Positions 23,801-36,500 of a stretch of DNA of 64,000 nt are shown one piece after another. Each line of letters starts with the position of its first letter. Within the stretch, counting starts at the first letter, position 1. The notes below the pieces were generated by a model that was not told the origin of the DNA, ran no database searches, and worked only from the letters and a program-made list of their open reading frames with translations. This DNA is from Amoebidium appalachense (taxonomy: Eukaryota > Protista > Ichthyosporea): positions 3,344,670 to 3,408,669 of the forward strand of contig CAVNZM010000007.1 in assembly GCA_963693365.1 (NCBI GenBank), written 5' to 3'. The translations under genes and the position numbers were made by a program.

Positions 23801-25498
23801 TATCCCAGCCCACGTAGGTGCCGAGTTTGACGGTAGAGGCCAACTTGTCTCGTTTGGATGCAGGGACGTGTACATAGGCTGGGCAGCCGAACACGTGCAG
23901 GTGGGAGATGTCAGGCTTGACACCGTAGAAAATTTCAAACGGTGTACGGCCATTGGCAGCTCTGGCCGGGGTCACGTTGATGATGTAGGCAGCATGCTTG
24001 AGAGCAGCTCCCCACAGCTTGGGGGAAAGGGAGTCGGCCTTGTCCTGATGAAGGAAGCACCGAACGATCTCCTGCAGATCCCTCACATTACGTTCAACGA
24101 AGCCGTTGAGTTGGGGGCAGTCAACCGGGGCAAATTCCTGAATGATGCCCTTGGACTGGCAGTACTGCTCCATAGCGTGGGAGGTGAACTCGGACCCAGA
24201 GTCTGAACGGAAGTGGGTCACCACCTTGTCGGGTTGCTTGTCAGTAGTCTCAACCAGGGCCTTGACGTATTCGAGAGTTTCGGATCGATCACGGAGGAGG
24301 TACACGATGGTGTAGCCGGAGGCATCACAGGTACACACGAGGGCCACCTTGTAGCCACCATAGGAGGCACAGGGAGGCTCGAAGAAGTCCATGTGCCACT
24401 TGGCACCGGGGAAGGGGCACTGGGTTCTGGTGCCGGAGAATGGGGCCTTGGTGGTCTTGCCGGAGACACAACCGAAGCAGTCAGTGGTGTCAGCCACTGA
24501 GAGGGATGAGGGGAGGCCTGTCACGAGGTCACCTCTCACCATCTTGGTGAGGGTGGACAGGGCACGATGGCCGAGACGGTGGTGCCAGAGCTGAGGATCA
24601 TTGTTGACCTTGACGTTGGCTACCAGAGCAGTGACGGTCCGAGGGATGGAGGGACGTATCTCATAGTCAGTGATGAAGTACAGTCCATCTGTGCCTGTGA
24701 GGGAACACACGATGTTGCCACCACGAGTGTAGAGGTAGGATGGGAATTCATCCTCATCATCTAGGTGGGCAAGGAGACCCGACTTGGAGGCCATTGAGGG
24801 TGATATCAGGAAGGCTGGGGAGTCGGGTACGTAGAGGGTGTTGAGGCTCAGTACTGATGTTACTCCGTTGTAGGTGACGGCCAGGTTGATGACACCACGG
24901 TGATGTGCAGTGACGATGCCGAGGCCGTGGACGTCAGTCGGGGGGCATGGCTCAAGAGTAGAGAAGTACTCCTTTACTGGGCACACGTGGACGTTTGAAG
25001 CCGAGTCCCAGCAGGGGTCCATGGGTAGGGAGGCCGTGGTGGACACGAGGGCAAAATGCACCTCTTTTCCAGACTTGGTGTTGGCACGGTGACGACGGGC
25101 AATTGAGCAGCCAGGTTTGTCACACTGTGTGACATGATGGTCTTTGTGACAGTAGGCACAGTCGAGGGAGCCAGTGGTCTTGGCTCGGGGTGGCTGGGAA
25201 TGACGGTTACCCCCTTTACGTGGGGGGTAGGGTGACCGGGAACGATAGCCGGGGGAACGGGACCGTGAGTAATCACGGTCAACTGAGGGGGATCGATCGG
25301 TGGGACGACCGCGGGGGTGACGGGAGACGGAGCTGTCACGTCGGGGGATCCGGTGTCTGAGGTCGTCCTTGGTGAGGACACGGCTTTGCAGGGCACGTGC
25401 CGTTCGGACGGTGGAGGAGGACCCGGACCCAGAGTCGATGAGACCTTCACGGATCTCTGCAGCTCGGATGTCACTGATTAGACGGTTGTAGGTCTCGT
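20056..25498 (-). mobile_element. Ty1/Copia family 2, 5'-truncated, inserted in Copia-1a; 3' LTR 20056-20958
   Basis: LTR reads TGTTGGAATAC...CAATACCA on the minus strand, with PPT complement TCCCCACTC at 20959. The 5' LTR and gag N-terminus are missing. Confidence 0.85.
21678..25498 (-). pseudogene. pol: Copia-2 gag-pol (Zn knuckle, protease, GAG-pre-integrase, integrase, RT, RNase H) with frameshifts
   Basis: CAYCHKDHHVTQC, WDSASNVH, LWHHRLGH...C..C, RSDSGSEF, NGFVER, QLDISTAFLN, YVDD, YSDSDFA, LADIFTK. Frame changes near 23550 (poly-G) and 22490. Confidence 0.9.
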
Positions 25499-25721
25499 AG
25501 TCCACCGGAGCATAGCTGGCCTTGATGCCCTGGGAGAGGCAAAAAGCACGGGTAGCCTTGGAGGTGAACTCAGAGCCGGAGTCGAAGTGGTAGACACCAA
25601 CTTTGGAGGGGGCATGGGTAGCAACGAGGGTGGTGTGAGCTGTGAGAATGTCCAGGGTGGTTGTACGGTCGGCCATCGGGTAGATCTTGACGAGTCCAGA
25701 GGCACGGCAGACAGTGACGAG
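25499..25721 (-). pseudogene. Copia-1a integrase-core fragment
   Basis: Near-identical to 42442-42663 of copy b (LVTVCRASG...FDSGSEF...YAPVD). Confidence 0.9.
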
Positions 25722-28411
25722 TGTCATGTGCTGAGCTGATTCGTATTAGTTTGCTTCTATATTTTGTGTTTTGGTGAGTGAATTTGGGGGGGTTTTCTTG
25801 CATAGTGATGCCGGGGTCTAAGTAGGGTATGAGGAGATTAATCAGTGGTTTGGGGAGAACCTGATGCGGCAGCGGCTGATTGTTAAAGCTGCGCGCGTGC
25901 ATGCTCCACGCCTCTGCGTACTCTCCATGTTAAATGTTGTATTGCTTCTTGCTGTGTGCTTGGCGAGACCCATGTTGCCTGCTCGCGTGTGTGTATGCTT
26001 ATATGTATTGTGAGTAAACGTGTGTACGTGTTGTAGTGCTGTAGGGGTGTCTGAGGTGGCGGTAGCCAATGGTGTGGAGTGCGTGTAGTCTGTGGGGGAG
26101 GGAGTGTTGTGATTGGCTGAATGTCACTGTGGTATTTGTCTGGCCAGTGGGCCGCGTGTCTGTGAAGTGTCTCGCGGGGTCGCGGGCTTTTGGAAGTTCT
26201 TCTGAGAACACGAAAAACTCGCTTCCCACCCAACTCAAAGAAAACTTTATACGTATACACAGTTTCAAGCCCCTTTAAGCGTGCAGATAGTTAGAATAGT
26301 TCGTGTACACTCGGTTTGCAGCCACGACAAGCTACACCCCCTTTCTCTGCAGTTTTTTGCAGGGAGGGGGCACACGCACTGTTAGTCCTTCTGGGCTGTT
26401 GCTTTCACCCCTAGTTTTTTTTTTCCACGCCTAGCGGTTATAAGTGGTTTTGTCTTAGGCCTTTTTCGACGGTTAGAGGTAGAAGAAACATACGCACACA
26501 CAGACCTACAGCTAGCAACAGTTGGCATAGGCAACATGAGCAGTAGGACTAGTATCACAGGGGACTTAGTCCTCGCTAAGGACCTTGACCTCCCTAGGTG
26601 ACTTAGCAAGCTCAGGGCCGTTTGCCCAGCAGAGGCCTCAGAGGGGATCGGCGGCAGTCACCCTCCCCACGGCGCTACCAGCCCTACCAGCCACGGCCAC
26701 AACGGGATAACAGATGGGCCAGGCTGGCGTCTTTGGGCGGGCCGCAAGAGCCGGCGCCAGGCTCTTTCCCAGGCACCTGTGACAACTGCAAGGAGCGGGG
26801 GCAACGCGTGGTGTAAACAGCCCCGTCGTGGGGGGCAGGGACGTCGGTGACCGTGTTGCTGGTATGAAGGTTTTATTAGGGGGTAGGCCATCTCTTGGGT
26901 TGTTGTTGTTGTAATACTATGGGAGTAACTGTTGTGTGGTGTTATTTTTCGGCGAGTTTTCTACTGGTGCCTGGCGTTTTCGACGTGTGTATGAGTCCTG
27001 TGTTGGCGACGTGTGTGGTTAGGGTCAGTGGAATAGAAAGTCCTGCTGCTGTCTGGGAGCTCGGCCCTCTGACGAGGGGGCTGGGGGGGGGTCGAAGTGT
27101 AGTCATGGCAGTGGCAGGCCCCCACTGTTGTGAACCCCCGTCGTCAAAGGGCCTGGTGCTGAGGCCCCTTGGAGTGGCTGCCCTGGGCCTGGTGTTGAAC
27201 AGGCCCTTTGGAGTGGCTGCCCGTAGTGTTGTTGAGTAGTGTTGTGGTGCCCAGTGCAGCAGTAGGCCTTAGACACACCGCTGGGTAGGGCACGGTTGGG
27301 GCGGAGGCATTCCCAAACCACCGGGACCTACGTAGTAGGAGTCTTTGTCGGGTAGAGGAATGGCCAGCAAGAGAGTCTGGAGGTGTACGTCAGATGAGTC
27401 TGGAGGTGTTCGTCACGGCATGTTTGGTTGTGTTAGGAATTCTTTGTGGATGGGGCATGCTGAGTGTGGTTGTATGGATGGTGTCTGTTATCATGTCTGT
27501 TGCTATGTTCCACTCGATATAACATTGTGCCAGGGGCATGGGGTTTTGGGTGCAGGTTGTGGACGGGGGGGGCAGAGGTGCATCTACAGGGCAACGTCAG
27601 TGGCGGTTCATAATTATCCTTGTTTTGGGGTTGGGTTGGGTATTAACCATGGTGGGGTGGTGTGTGGATGCATGTATATGTTTTATGTTATATGTTAAAT
27701 GTTGCTTCCTGCATGGGTAGCGGTAGTTGTAGTCGCTCAGCACATAACTTTATTTTGTTTTTAGGTAGTTTTTACTGAGGTGGAACTCAGTTATTTTCTG
27801 TGCGAAGGGGGAGTTGTCATGTGCTGAGCTGATTCGTATTAGTTTGCTTCTATATTTTGTGTTTTGGTGAGTGAATTTGGGGGGTTTTCTTGCATAGTGA
27901 TGCCGGGGTCTAAGTAGGGTATGAGGAGATTAATCAGTGGTTTGGGGAGAACCTGATGCGGCAGCGGCTGATTGTTAAAGCTGCGCGCGTACGCCTCTGC
28001 GTACTCTCCATGTTAAATGTTGTATTGCTTCTTGCTGTGTGCTTGGCGAGACCCATGTTGCCTGCTCGCGTGTGTGTATGCTTATATGTATTGTGAGTAA
28101 ACGTGTGTACGTGTTGTAGTGCTGTAGGGGTGTCTGAGGTGGCGGTAGCCAATGGTGTGGAGTGCGTGTAGTCTGTGGGGGAGGGAGTGTTGTGATTGGC
28201 TGAATGTCACTGTGGTATTGTCTGGCCAGTGGGCCGCGTGTCTGTGAAGTGTCTCGCGGGGTCGCGGGCTTTTGGAAGTTCTTCTGAGAACACGAAAAAC
28301 TCGCTTCCCACCCAACTCAAAGAAAACTTTATACGTATACACAGTTTCAAGCCCCTTTAAGCGTGCAGATAGTTAGAATAGTTCGTGTACACTCGGTTTG
28401 TAGCCACGACA
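25722..28411 (+). mobile_element. Non-autonomous LTR retrotransposon: LTRs 25722-26329 and 27815-28411, about 1.5-kb internal region
   Basis: TGTCATGTG...CACGACA direct repeats. TSD ACGAG (25717-25721 and 28412-28416). PPT GAAGGGGGAG before the 3' LTR. Only a gag-like remnant (FPGTCDNCKERG, about 26770-26800) is recognisable internally. Confidence 0.9.
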
Positions 28412-30187
28412 ACGAGAGCAACCTTGGAACCTCCGTACGATGTTGTGGTAGGCTCAAAAAAATCCCAATGCCATTCATGACCGGGGATGTTGGAGTGAGG
28501 ACGGTCACCCTTGAACGGAGCCTTGGTGGTTTTACCCATAATGCAGCCATGACAATCAGGAACATCACAGTCGATGACAGACGAGGGGAGACCAATAACA
28601 AGGTCGTGTTTCACCATGTCCTTGATGCTGGTCATAGCACGGTGCCCCAGACGATGGTGCCAGATGGATGGGTTAACACTGGTGGTGGCAGCCAGAGCCA
28701 CAGGACGAGTGGGTGGTTGAATGGTGTAGTCCTTGAAGTAATACAGACCGTTGTGTAGACGGAGGTTGACGAGATGACGGCCGGTGAGTCGGTCGAAGAG
28801 GAATGACGGAGTGGAGGCATCATTCAAATCACCCTTGATGTATTCGGCAGCAGCTTGGGATGTTGAAATGAGGAAGGCTTGGCCAGACGGGGTGTAGTAG
28901 GCTTCAATGGTAAGGGTGGCAGTGCCATGGTCGGTGGTGGTGTTGATGACTATATGGCCGGTGTGGGTGGCCAAGACGGGGGTGCCATTGAAGGCAGCAA
29001 CGGGAGTCGGTGTCGGAAGGGGAGTGAGGGAGGTCATGGAAGAACTCACGGGTGGGGCAGACAGTCATGTTGCACCCGGAATCCCAGGCAGGGTCGGAGG
29101 ACACGGGGACGGAGCTAGCATTGTATGCCGAGAAAGCAAAGGAGACAGATTTCTCACTGCCTTGACGGGAACGGTTGTGTCTGGACATACGGCATTTCGG
29201 CTCGGGGCAATCGATGATCGTGTGATCAGGCTCGTGGCAGTAGGAGCATGCTTTCACGGACGGGTTGTTAGAACGAGCCGGGGAATCAGAACGACGGGAA
29301 CCCGAGAAACGGGAACGACTGGGGGAACGAGACGTGGACCGGAAGGCAGGCCGGTGGGGGGAACGGGATCGGGTGTGCTGACGGGAGAGACGAGTTCGGA
29401 GGTCCGTGCCAGGGGTACGGTCAAGTCGGTTGCGTAAGTCACGGCGAGGAAGATCACGGGGGGGAGCACTAGCATTTAATGCCATGCTGGACTTGGAGGC
29501 ACGGTGGGCACGGTTGCTCCGGAGTTGCATCTTGAGGTCTTGACGTAGCTCGATGCCCTTGACGTGGTTGTGGAGGGACTCGAAGTCGGGGAATAGCTTA
29601 TCACCGAAGTGATAGTCTTCGATAAGACGGTTGAACTCAGGGGTGAGGTCGTCTCTGGTGGTGAGTTCATTGAAGAACTTGGACTCATCTTGGAGGGACT
29701 GGAGCTGGTTCACGATGGTCTGCAGACGACTCAGGTAGGTGGTGAATGATTCACCGGGCTGAAGGGCACAGGCATCCCACTGACGGTGAAGGATGCGGAT
29801 CTGATCGGGTTTGCCTTGGAGGTAGTGTTGACGGAATTTCCACATGGCCCGTTCAGGGTCCATGCCAATACGGTACTGGGCAACGGTGGTGAGGACGGAA
29901 GGGTCGATGTTCTGAATCATATGGAGCAGGAGGCAATTGCGGGCCTCCTTGAGTTCCGCGGTAGTGCCGTAGCCGTAGAAGGGGGGTTCACCGTCAACCG
30001 CGACGGTGGTAGGGGGGACGTAGTTGTCAGCAAGTACAACATCCACGAGTCGGACACCTTTAGTGCCGGTCATCATGCCGAGAAAAATGATTTCCCATTG
30101 AAAATAGGTGGTTTTGCTATCGGGACCAGTCTTCCCTTCACCTTTCCACATGGTTATTTTGTTTACACCAGTTTTGTTTGGATCCAT
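28412..30187 (-). pseudogene. gag: Copia-1a gag, protease and integrase N-terminus
   Basis: MDPNKTGVNK start at 30187, CSYCHEPDHTIIDC, WDSGC, IWHHRLGH. Frameshift near 29030 and an in-frame deletion relative to copy b. Confidence 0.9.
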
Positions 30188-31139
30188 GATTGAAAAACGA
30201 TCGCTAGTTCTAGATGTGTGTAGGGAGCGTGCAAAAGGGCTGCATAACCTGTTAATTTGTATAAGTATTTGGGATGAAAGCAGAGACACACATCAGCAAA
30301 GGCCACCCACCCATCCATTCGGTATCATTCGGGCATCATGGATATTAGAATGATAGTACCCATCCACGAACCCACCCTTCATCCAACAATATATCAGTCT
30401 GATACTCTTTTTGTTAAATCCTAATATCCGGTTATTTTAAGATATTAGAATGATATCCATGTCTAGATATCATTCTGATATTGGAATAGCCCCCGAAAAA
30501 GCCCGAAAAGCCCCCGAAAAAAGGCGTTGTTCTACTTGTTGCTCTATCCTTTGGCCATCCCGCTATGTATCATTCTGATAACATAATAGATATTGGAAAG
30601 ATACATACCCTCAAATGCTCTACGTTTTCAGATAGGGGTAAACATATCTGAATGAGACTTGAATAGTACATTACAAAGTACAAAAAGTGCCCTCGTTGGT
30701 CATAAACGGTTATCCAAATGATATCATAATGATATCATTGCAAGAACGGGAGGTGTATTATAATATCTTTGTATGCCCTATTATGGTATTGGTATGATAG
30801 AAGAAAATGAAATTATCTTCCTTTCCTGATATCAGAATGGTCTCATTCTAATACCGTGAATGATATCCAAATGATATCTATTGTAGAAAAGGGGGTGTAT
30901 TATAATATCTTTGAATGCCCTGTTATGGTATTGGTATTCAGACTTAGAAAACAAAAAACACAAAAAAAAATTTCTAAGTAAATCTCAAAAAAAATTCTAA
31001 GTCTCGCTCAAAGAGAACTACGTATCATGATGTTTTTCAAAAGCTCTAAGACACACGCCCAGCGTGTGTTAATACCGTCACATTTTAACCTTCCAAACAA
31101 CCAAAATAAAACATAACAATATACTAACATTTTTGTTAG

Positions 31140-32370
31140 TTAGTATACTAAATTATTATTTCTTTTAGTCTTGTGGTTCAATTTCTTGGGGGGGATCTTT
31201 ATGGGTGATTTTGCGGGCCGCTTATTGGCGACGCGCGCCGACGCCTCGTCGCTGCTGCCGCTCTCACGCTCCTTGTCCCCCGCACCGCCAACCACCGACC
31301 TGTTGCCGTCCAACAGCTTGAGGTCCACCACCTTCTCGTTGGACTGCTTCGTGGAGGGCTTGTCGTCTCCCTTCTCGTCTTGCACATCAGCTGACAGGCT
31401 GAGGACTGCCTTCTCCCGGGCCTTGCAGATCTTTTCCCAGGTCTTTGCATACTGGGTTGGGACAGAAGGAGATTGTGTGAGTGTTTTTAACTTTTCTGGC
31501 TAGCCTGAGCATGTATGTACCTGGGAAAAATGCTATCACATTGTTACCATACCAAACCTAAAGATGACATGATAGGATGATACTTGCCCACGCTTAGGAG
31601 ATATCCTTAAAACACTACGATGATACGTAACCCATACATACGACTTATCAATATCATCTTTTCGATATCCATACGTTGTCTTTCGGACCGGAGCTAAAAC
31701 ACAATGATGGGGGGGGGGGGGGGGGGGGGGGGGGTTGAATGCAGAACACGGTACGAAATACGCATACACGATGAGAAGCATGGTGCAGGACACATGCAAA
31801 GGCAAACATTCAAGTATGCAACATCAGCCATGTGCACAGTATGCGTCATAAGCAGAGCCCATCCTCAGGGAGGACCCGGGGGGGGGGGGGGGGGTAGTTG
31901 TTTACCTTGCTGATCTCTGATGGCCGAGCACCACCCTCGTAGTCAGGCATGTCAGCTCCATACTTCACAGCTGACCACGAAATCTGAGTGGCAGACTTGT
32001 GGGCCATTGGATTCCGCAGTCCGCACTCAAATGTGTGGAGCATGAAGCTGAAGAGCTCGGGCAACGCCTTTTGAAACTCCTGTGTGGGTGTTGGTGTGTG
32101 TGTTGCGTGTACTTACACGTAAGCATGTGTGTATGTGGTGATGAGGAAAGGGGGTATTCTCCATTAGCAGCAAATAAAACCGAATTCGACAATGAAAAAT
32201 CTGAAATGACTTGAGGAAGTGGGAAGCTGAATGGATACTGGATAACCATGCATGTACCGTTTCTCTGAGTGATAAGGATTTGATGTCTTGTGTGGTTATG
32301 TGTTGGTGATTCGTACGTGGGACAACAGGGGGAAGTGGGAGGGAGGGAGTGGGAGGGAGGGAGTGGGAGT

Positions 32371-32403
<33 letters not shown>

Positions 32404-32514
32404 GGGGTCACAGTGCATTAAGAATGAACCAATAAGGAAGAACAACAACATTAAACATGAATAAGCATGTTAAAAAAAGCAGCATGAGAAGATTTCGTCT
32501 TTGATTGGGGTGGG

Positions 32515-32545
<31 letters not shown>

Positions 32546-32828
32546 GGGGGGGGGGGTAATGGGCACAAACGTTTAGTGTCTTGAAGCTGCTGAGGCGGTT
32601 CTTGATGTAGGAGCCGTTGATGGGGGACATGCACATGATGCGGTGAAGGGCGGGGTTGCCCCATGGGTTGCCCGTCACCGGATCGACGCTGTACATGCGG
32701 CCACAGGGATGGTTGTTGCACTCAACTTGAACCTCCACCAACCACCCCTACCACGTCTTCTTGCGGTACCTAACCTGGTCTGCCAACTTGTCGGGGTCGG
32801 CGGCATTGACAGGGGCAACCTGGAACAT
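31140..32828 (-). pseudogene. Spliced orphan gene of unknown function (exons 32828-32571, 32079-31906, 31451-31140; about 247 codons) with one in-frame TAG
   Basis: Three exons with CAG acceptors and GT donors all join in phase 0 (MFQVAPV...FKTLN/EFQKAL...EISK/YAKTWEK...). Premature TAG at 32748-32750. Upstream exons, if any, were not identified. Confidence 0.65.
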
Positions 32829-32894
32829 CTGTGTTGGTGGGCATGGAGGCATTTGACAGTTTTTTGGAAGGGGGGGGGGGGGGGGGGGGGGGGG

Positions 32895-32925
<31 letters not shown>

Positions 32926-33406
32926 AGGGGCTTTTGGTGTGTGTGTGTTTTTTTGTATGTGTGGGTGGGGAAGTGAGTGAGTGAGTGTGTGTGTGTGTTT
33001 GGAAGGGGGGGGGGGGGGGGGGGTTAGAATGAATGCATAACACTAAATGCTAACATGTGAAACACGTTGTGCTGAAAGACAAAAGCACAAACTTATGAAG
33101 TCTAGAGAAGCAGAAAATAGCTTGAACGACTGGTGGAAGGGATGATAGCTATAGTGCTAACAGCAAAAGTAGTGCCCACAGTCGCTGGTTCATGAACGTG
33201 AAAAGGCAACGGGGGGTTTACGCTGTTTACTCGAGGCAAAGAGAACCAGTCTCAGGTATGGGGGGGGGGTTTTGCTCGGAATATCCCCTCAGCGGTATAT
33301 CATGATCACGTACATAGATGTCGGGTGGTGACTATATATCAGGGTTTACTTTCTCTACGAGACACCATAAAGACTACAAGGAGAAATCAATTAGTTGGGG
33401 TTCCCC

Positions 33407-33458
<52 letters not shown>

Positions 33459-33491
33459 GGGCTCCCCCTCGGGACACTCGGTATCAGCTGG

Positions 33492-33564
<73 letters not shown>

Positions 33565-33568
33565 TGCG

Positions 33569-36500
33569 CTATAATTTTGTAGTGATGTGTTTCTCAAGCC
33601 AATCAATACATCTAATAAACAGGTCGTAGTTACGCGTGTTTAGTATAAAATCAAGGATGTTGTAATTTACAGGTAGGCTATCTTTCTGGGTGTCTGTTGT
33701 GAATGTGACGTGTGTGTGTTGCGGTATTATGTGGTCTATCAAACTACATTTGGCGATACATGACCGGTTAAACTGGTGTGTGTGTGTGTTGTTTGGGCAT
33801 GCAAATGATGCCACCTTATACTTATTAGATCTCCACTGTATAGCACGTGTACAGTAAAAGCGTGGTAATTGATCAATAATACCATCAGCTAGAGAAAGAC
33901 CAGTTCTACAGGAAGGTAATATGTATTTAGGTGTTATACACTTGCGAGTGCCATATTTGGCAATATGGTTGAGGCGGTCAGTATATATAAAACGAGACAT
34001 AAGGCTTAGTTTTTCAAGGTGTATGCTTTCATCGGGTCTAGTGTCGTGTGGTATCTTTTTCCATTTGTTATATTGCGTGATTATCTTGTGATTGTGTACA
34101 TGTTTAATAAGTAAGTGGCAGTCCAAAGTCACACACACACTATTGCGGGGTTTATTTGTATTTGTGCCCAGGGGAGAAGGGGAGAGAGAGGGGAGGAAAG
34201 AGGGGAGAGGTGAGGAGGGGACAGGTCGGATAGAGAAGAGAGGGTGGGAGGGCAAATACTTCTTTAAGCGGCTTATGTGCTTATTGAATTTCAGCGCGAG
34301 ATAGGATACTCTAGCAGCTATTGGGACCAGACCATATATCGAGAGCGTTACAGGCCCAGGTTTACAACAGTTGTTAGATAGAAAGGAGGCAACTTCTGCT
34401 TCAAGGAAATTTGCCAAGGGTTTAAGCGCTCTAGTTCTCTCTTTCTTGATCCAAGCGGCGAGAAGGGGTAAACCATATTCACATGCCGGGAAGACAAAAG
34501 TGCGAATAAATGTAAGTCTAATAGAAGGATGGAGGGGTGTGTCTTTAAAAATATTAGCCGAGAAGAAAGCTAACCGCTTACGAGCCAACTCTACCCTCTT
34601 TTCGACCATATGGGGAAACATAACACCAACAGAATCAACCGGAACACCAAGATATTTGTATTCTGGAACTATAGGTACAGGTTTAGATGATAATGTAAAT
34701 GTGTGTAAATTGTTAGCTATATCAGGTACAAGAACACCACATTTGTCTATGTTAAGGATCATAAGGTTTGCCTTGCACCACTCTGACACTACATCGAACA
34801 ATCTTTGCAGGCGTCTAGGGGTACGGGCAAGGAGGGACAGATCATCAGCATAGAGAAGTGCAGGCGGAAAGTTATTAATAGGGTCATCGTTTTCGGCGTA
34901 AATCTTGACAGCCAAATCATCTATAAATAGGTTAAACAAAAAGGGGCTAAGCAATGAACCCTGCAAGAGACCTCTAGTACGAGCAAAACCATATGAAAGA
35001 TGCCCATTAACCACAGCTCTACCATAGGTTTGAGACAAGAGTGCTTCTAACAGAACACCAATGCAGTGTGGTACACCCCGTGCAGCAAGCTTTTCCCATA
35101 GGAGACCAGGGGAGACAGAATCGTAAGCAGTTTTCCAATCAATAAAGCCAACATATTGTGCACCAACTTGCATAGAATCGTGCAGTGCCATTATTTGAAC
35201 ATAACATGAATTGTTTTTACGAAAAGCGGATTGGCATGGGTGTATGTGAAGAATAGATTGAAACCTAGGGTGATGTGCAAATAACCTAAGTAAGCAAGCT
35301 TCAAAGAATCTACGAACAACCTGGGTTAGTGTAATGGGGCGAAAGGATGATATGGGGCCCTCAGAGTCCTTCTTAACTATGGGGATCACTAAGGTATCTA
35401 ACCAAGATGACGGGACATGTCCACATTTAACACACCAAGAAAAGAGAGAGCTTAACATGATAGTAAGATCAGGTTTAATAGCACGATCACTTTCCTTTTG
35501 TGGGTAGGAGGGAACAAGGATTTTAAGAAACCCAGCAGGGAGTCCATCAGGTCCACAAGACTTACTAGAGCTATAACTAGATATCACAGACCATATGGCA
35601 TCGGGACTGAAAAAGGGGAGGATCGATTCTATGGGGATAGATGGGTCTACAGGCCACACAATAGGTTTCTGAGCGGGGGTCCTATCTTTAAACAGTTCCG
35701 AGAAATACTTATCAGAGTCTATGAGGGGGTCTCCAGTGGTATCACCAATAATACGAGCAGGGGGGCCAAATCGATTCATACTAGCAAGCCGGTGCAAGCT
35801 TTCCTTTTGAGACAGGGGTTCACCTAGTCTAGCGGGAGTGGTGTTTGGTAACAAGAGAGCATCGGGATATTCCTTCCTACCACCGCCAGCATAATCACCG
35901 AGATCTATCAAATCATCAACAATAAAGTTAGTGCATGTATCTAGTACGAGATGTGAATCTGGCCTGGCTTGTGCAGATTCTAATAGGCGCATATATATAG
36001 GGTGTTTCGTAGCATAGCATACACATACATCAACTCTACCCCACTGTGACTTAAGCTGGGATAGACGGAGGCGAAAGGTGGGAGGGGGAGGGGGGAGCAG
36101 ATCAAGGGAGATCTTAGGTAGGAAAAGGATAGGAGAGTGGTCAGATGACCTAGAGAGGTTAGGAGGGAGAGAGAGTTTTGACATGGTTGATGGCCAAAAG
36201 GCCACTCCCCAGTCGGTGTTGTGGGCATGGGATATTTGAGGGAACCGCAAAGTGTGACTTTGGACATACCTTGCTAAAGGGATAGCACGCTCCGGGGGCT
36301 TAGATGGGTACCCGACACTCACTTGCAGTGTGTCTGTGTGGTGGAGTCGCGTGTTAAAATCACCTAAAATAACAGTGGACATTGGTAACTGTGACAACTT
36401 GTGAGTCAATTCGACAACCGACATAGATGGTGGGTAATATACAAAAGTAAAAACATTAGAAAGAAACTCTATAGAAACCGAGAATTCCGTTTTTGCTACC

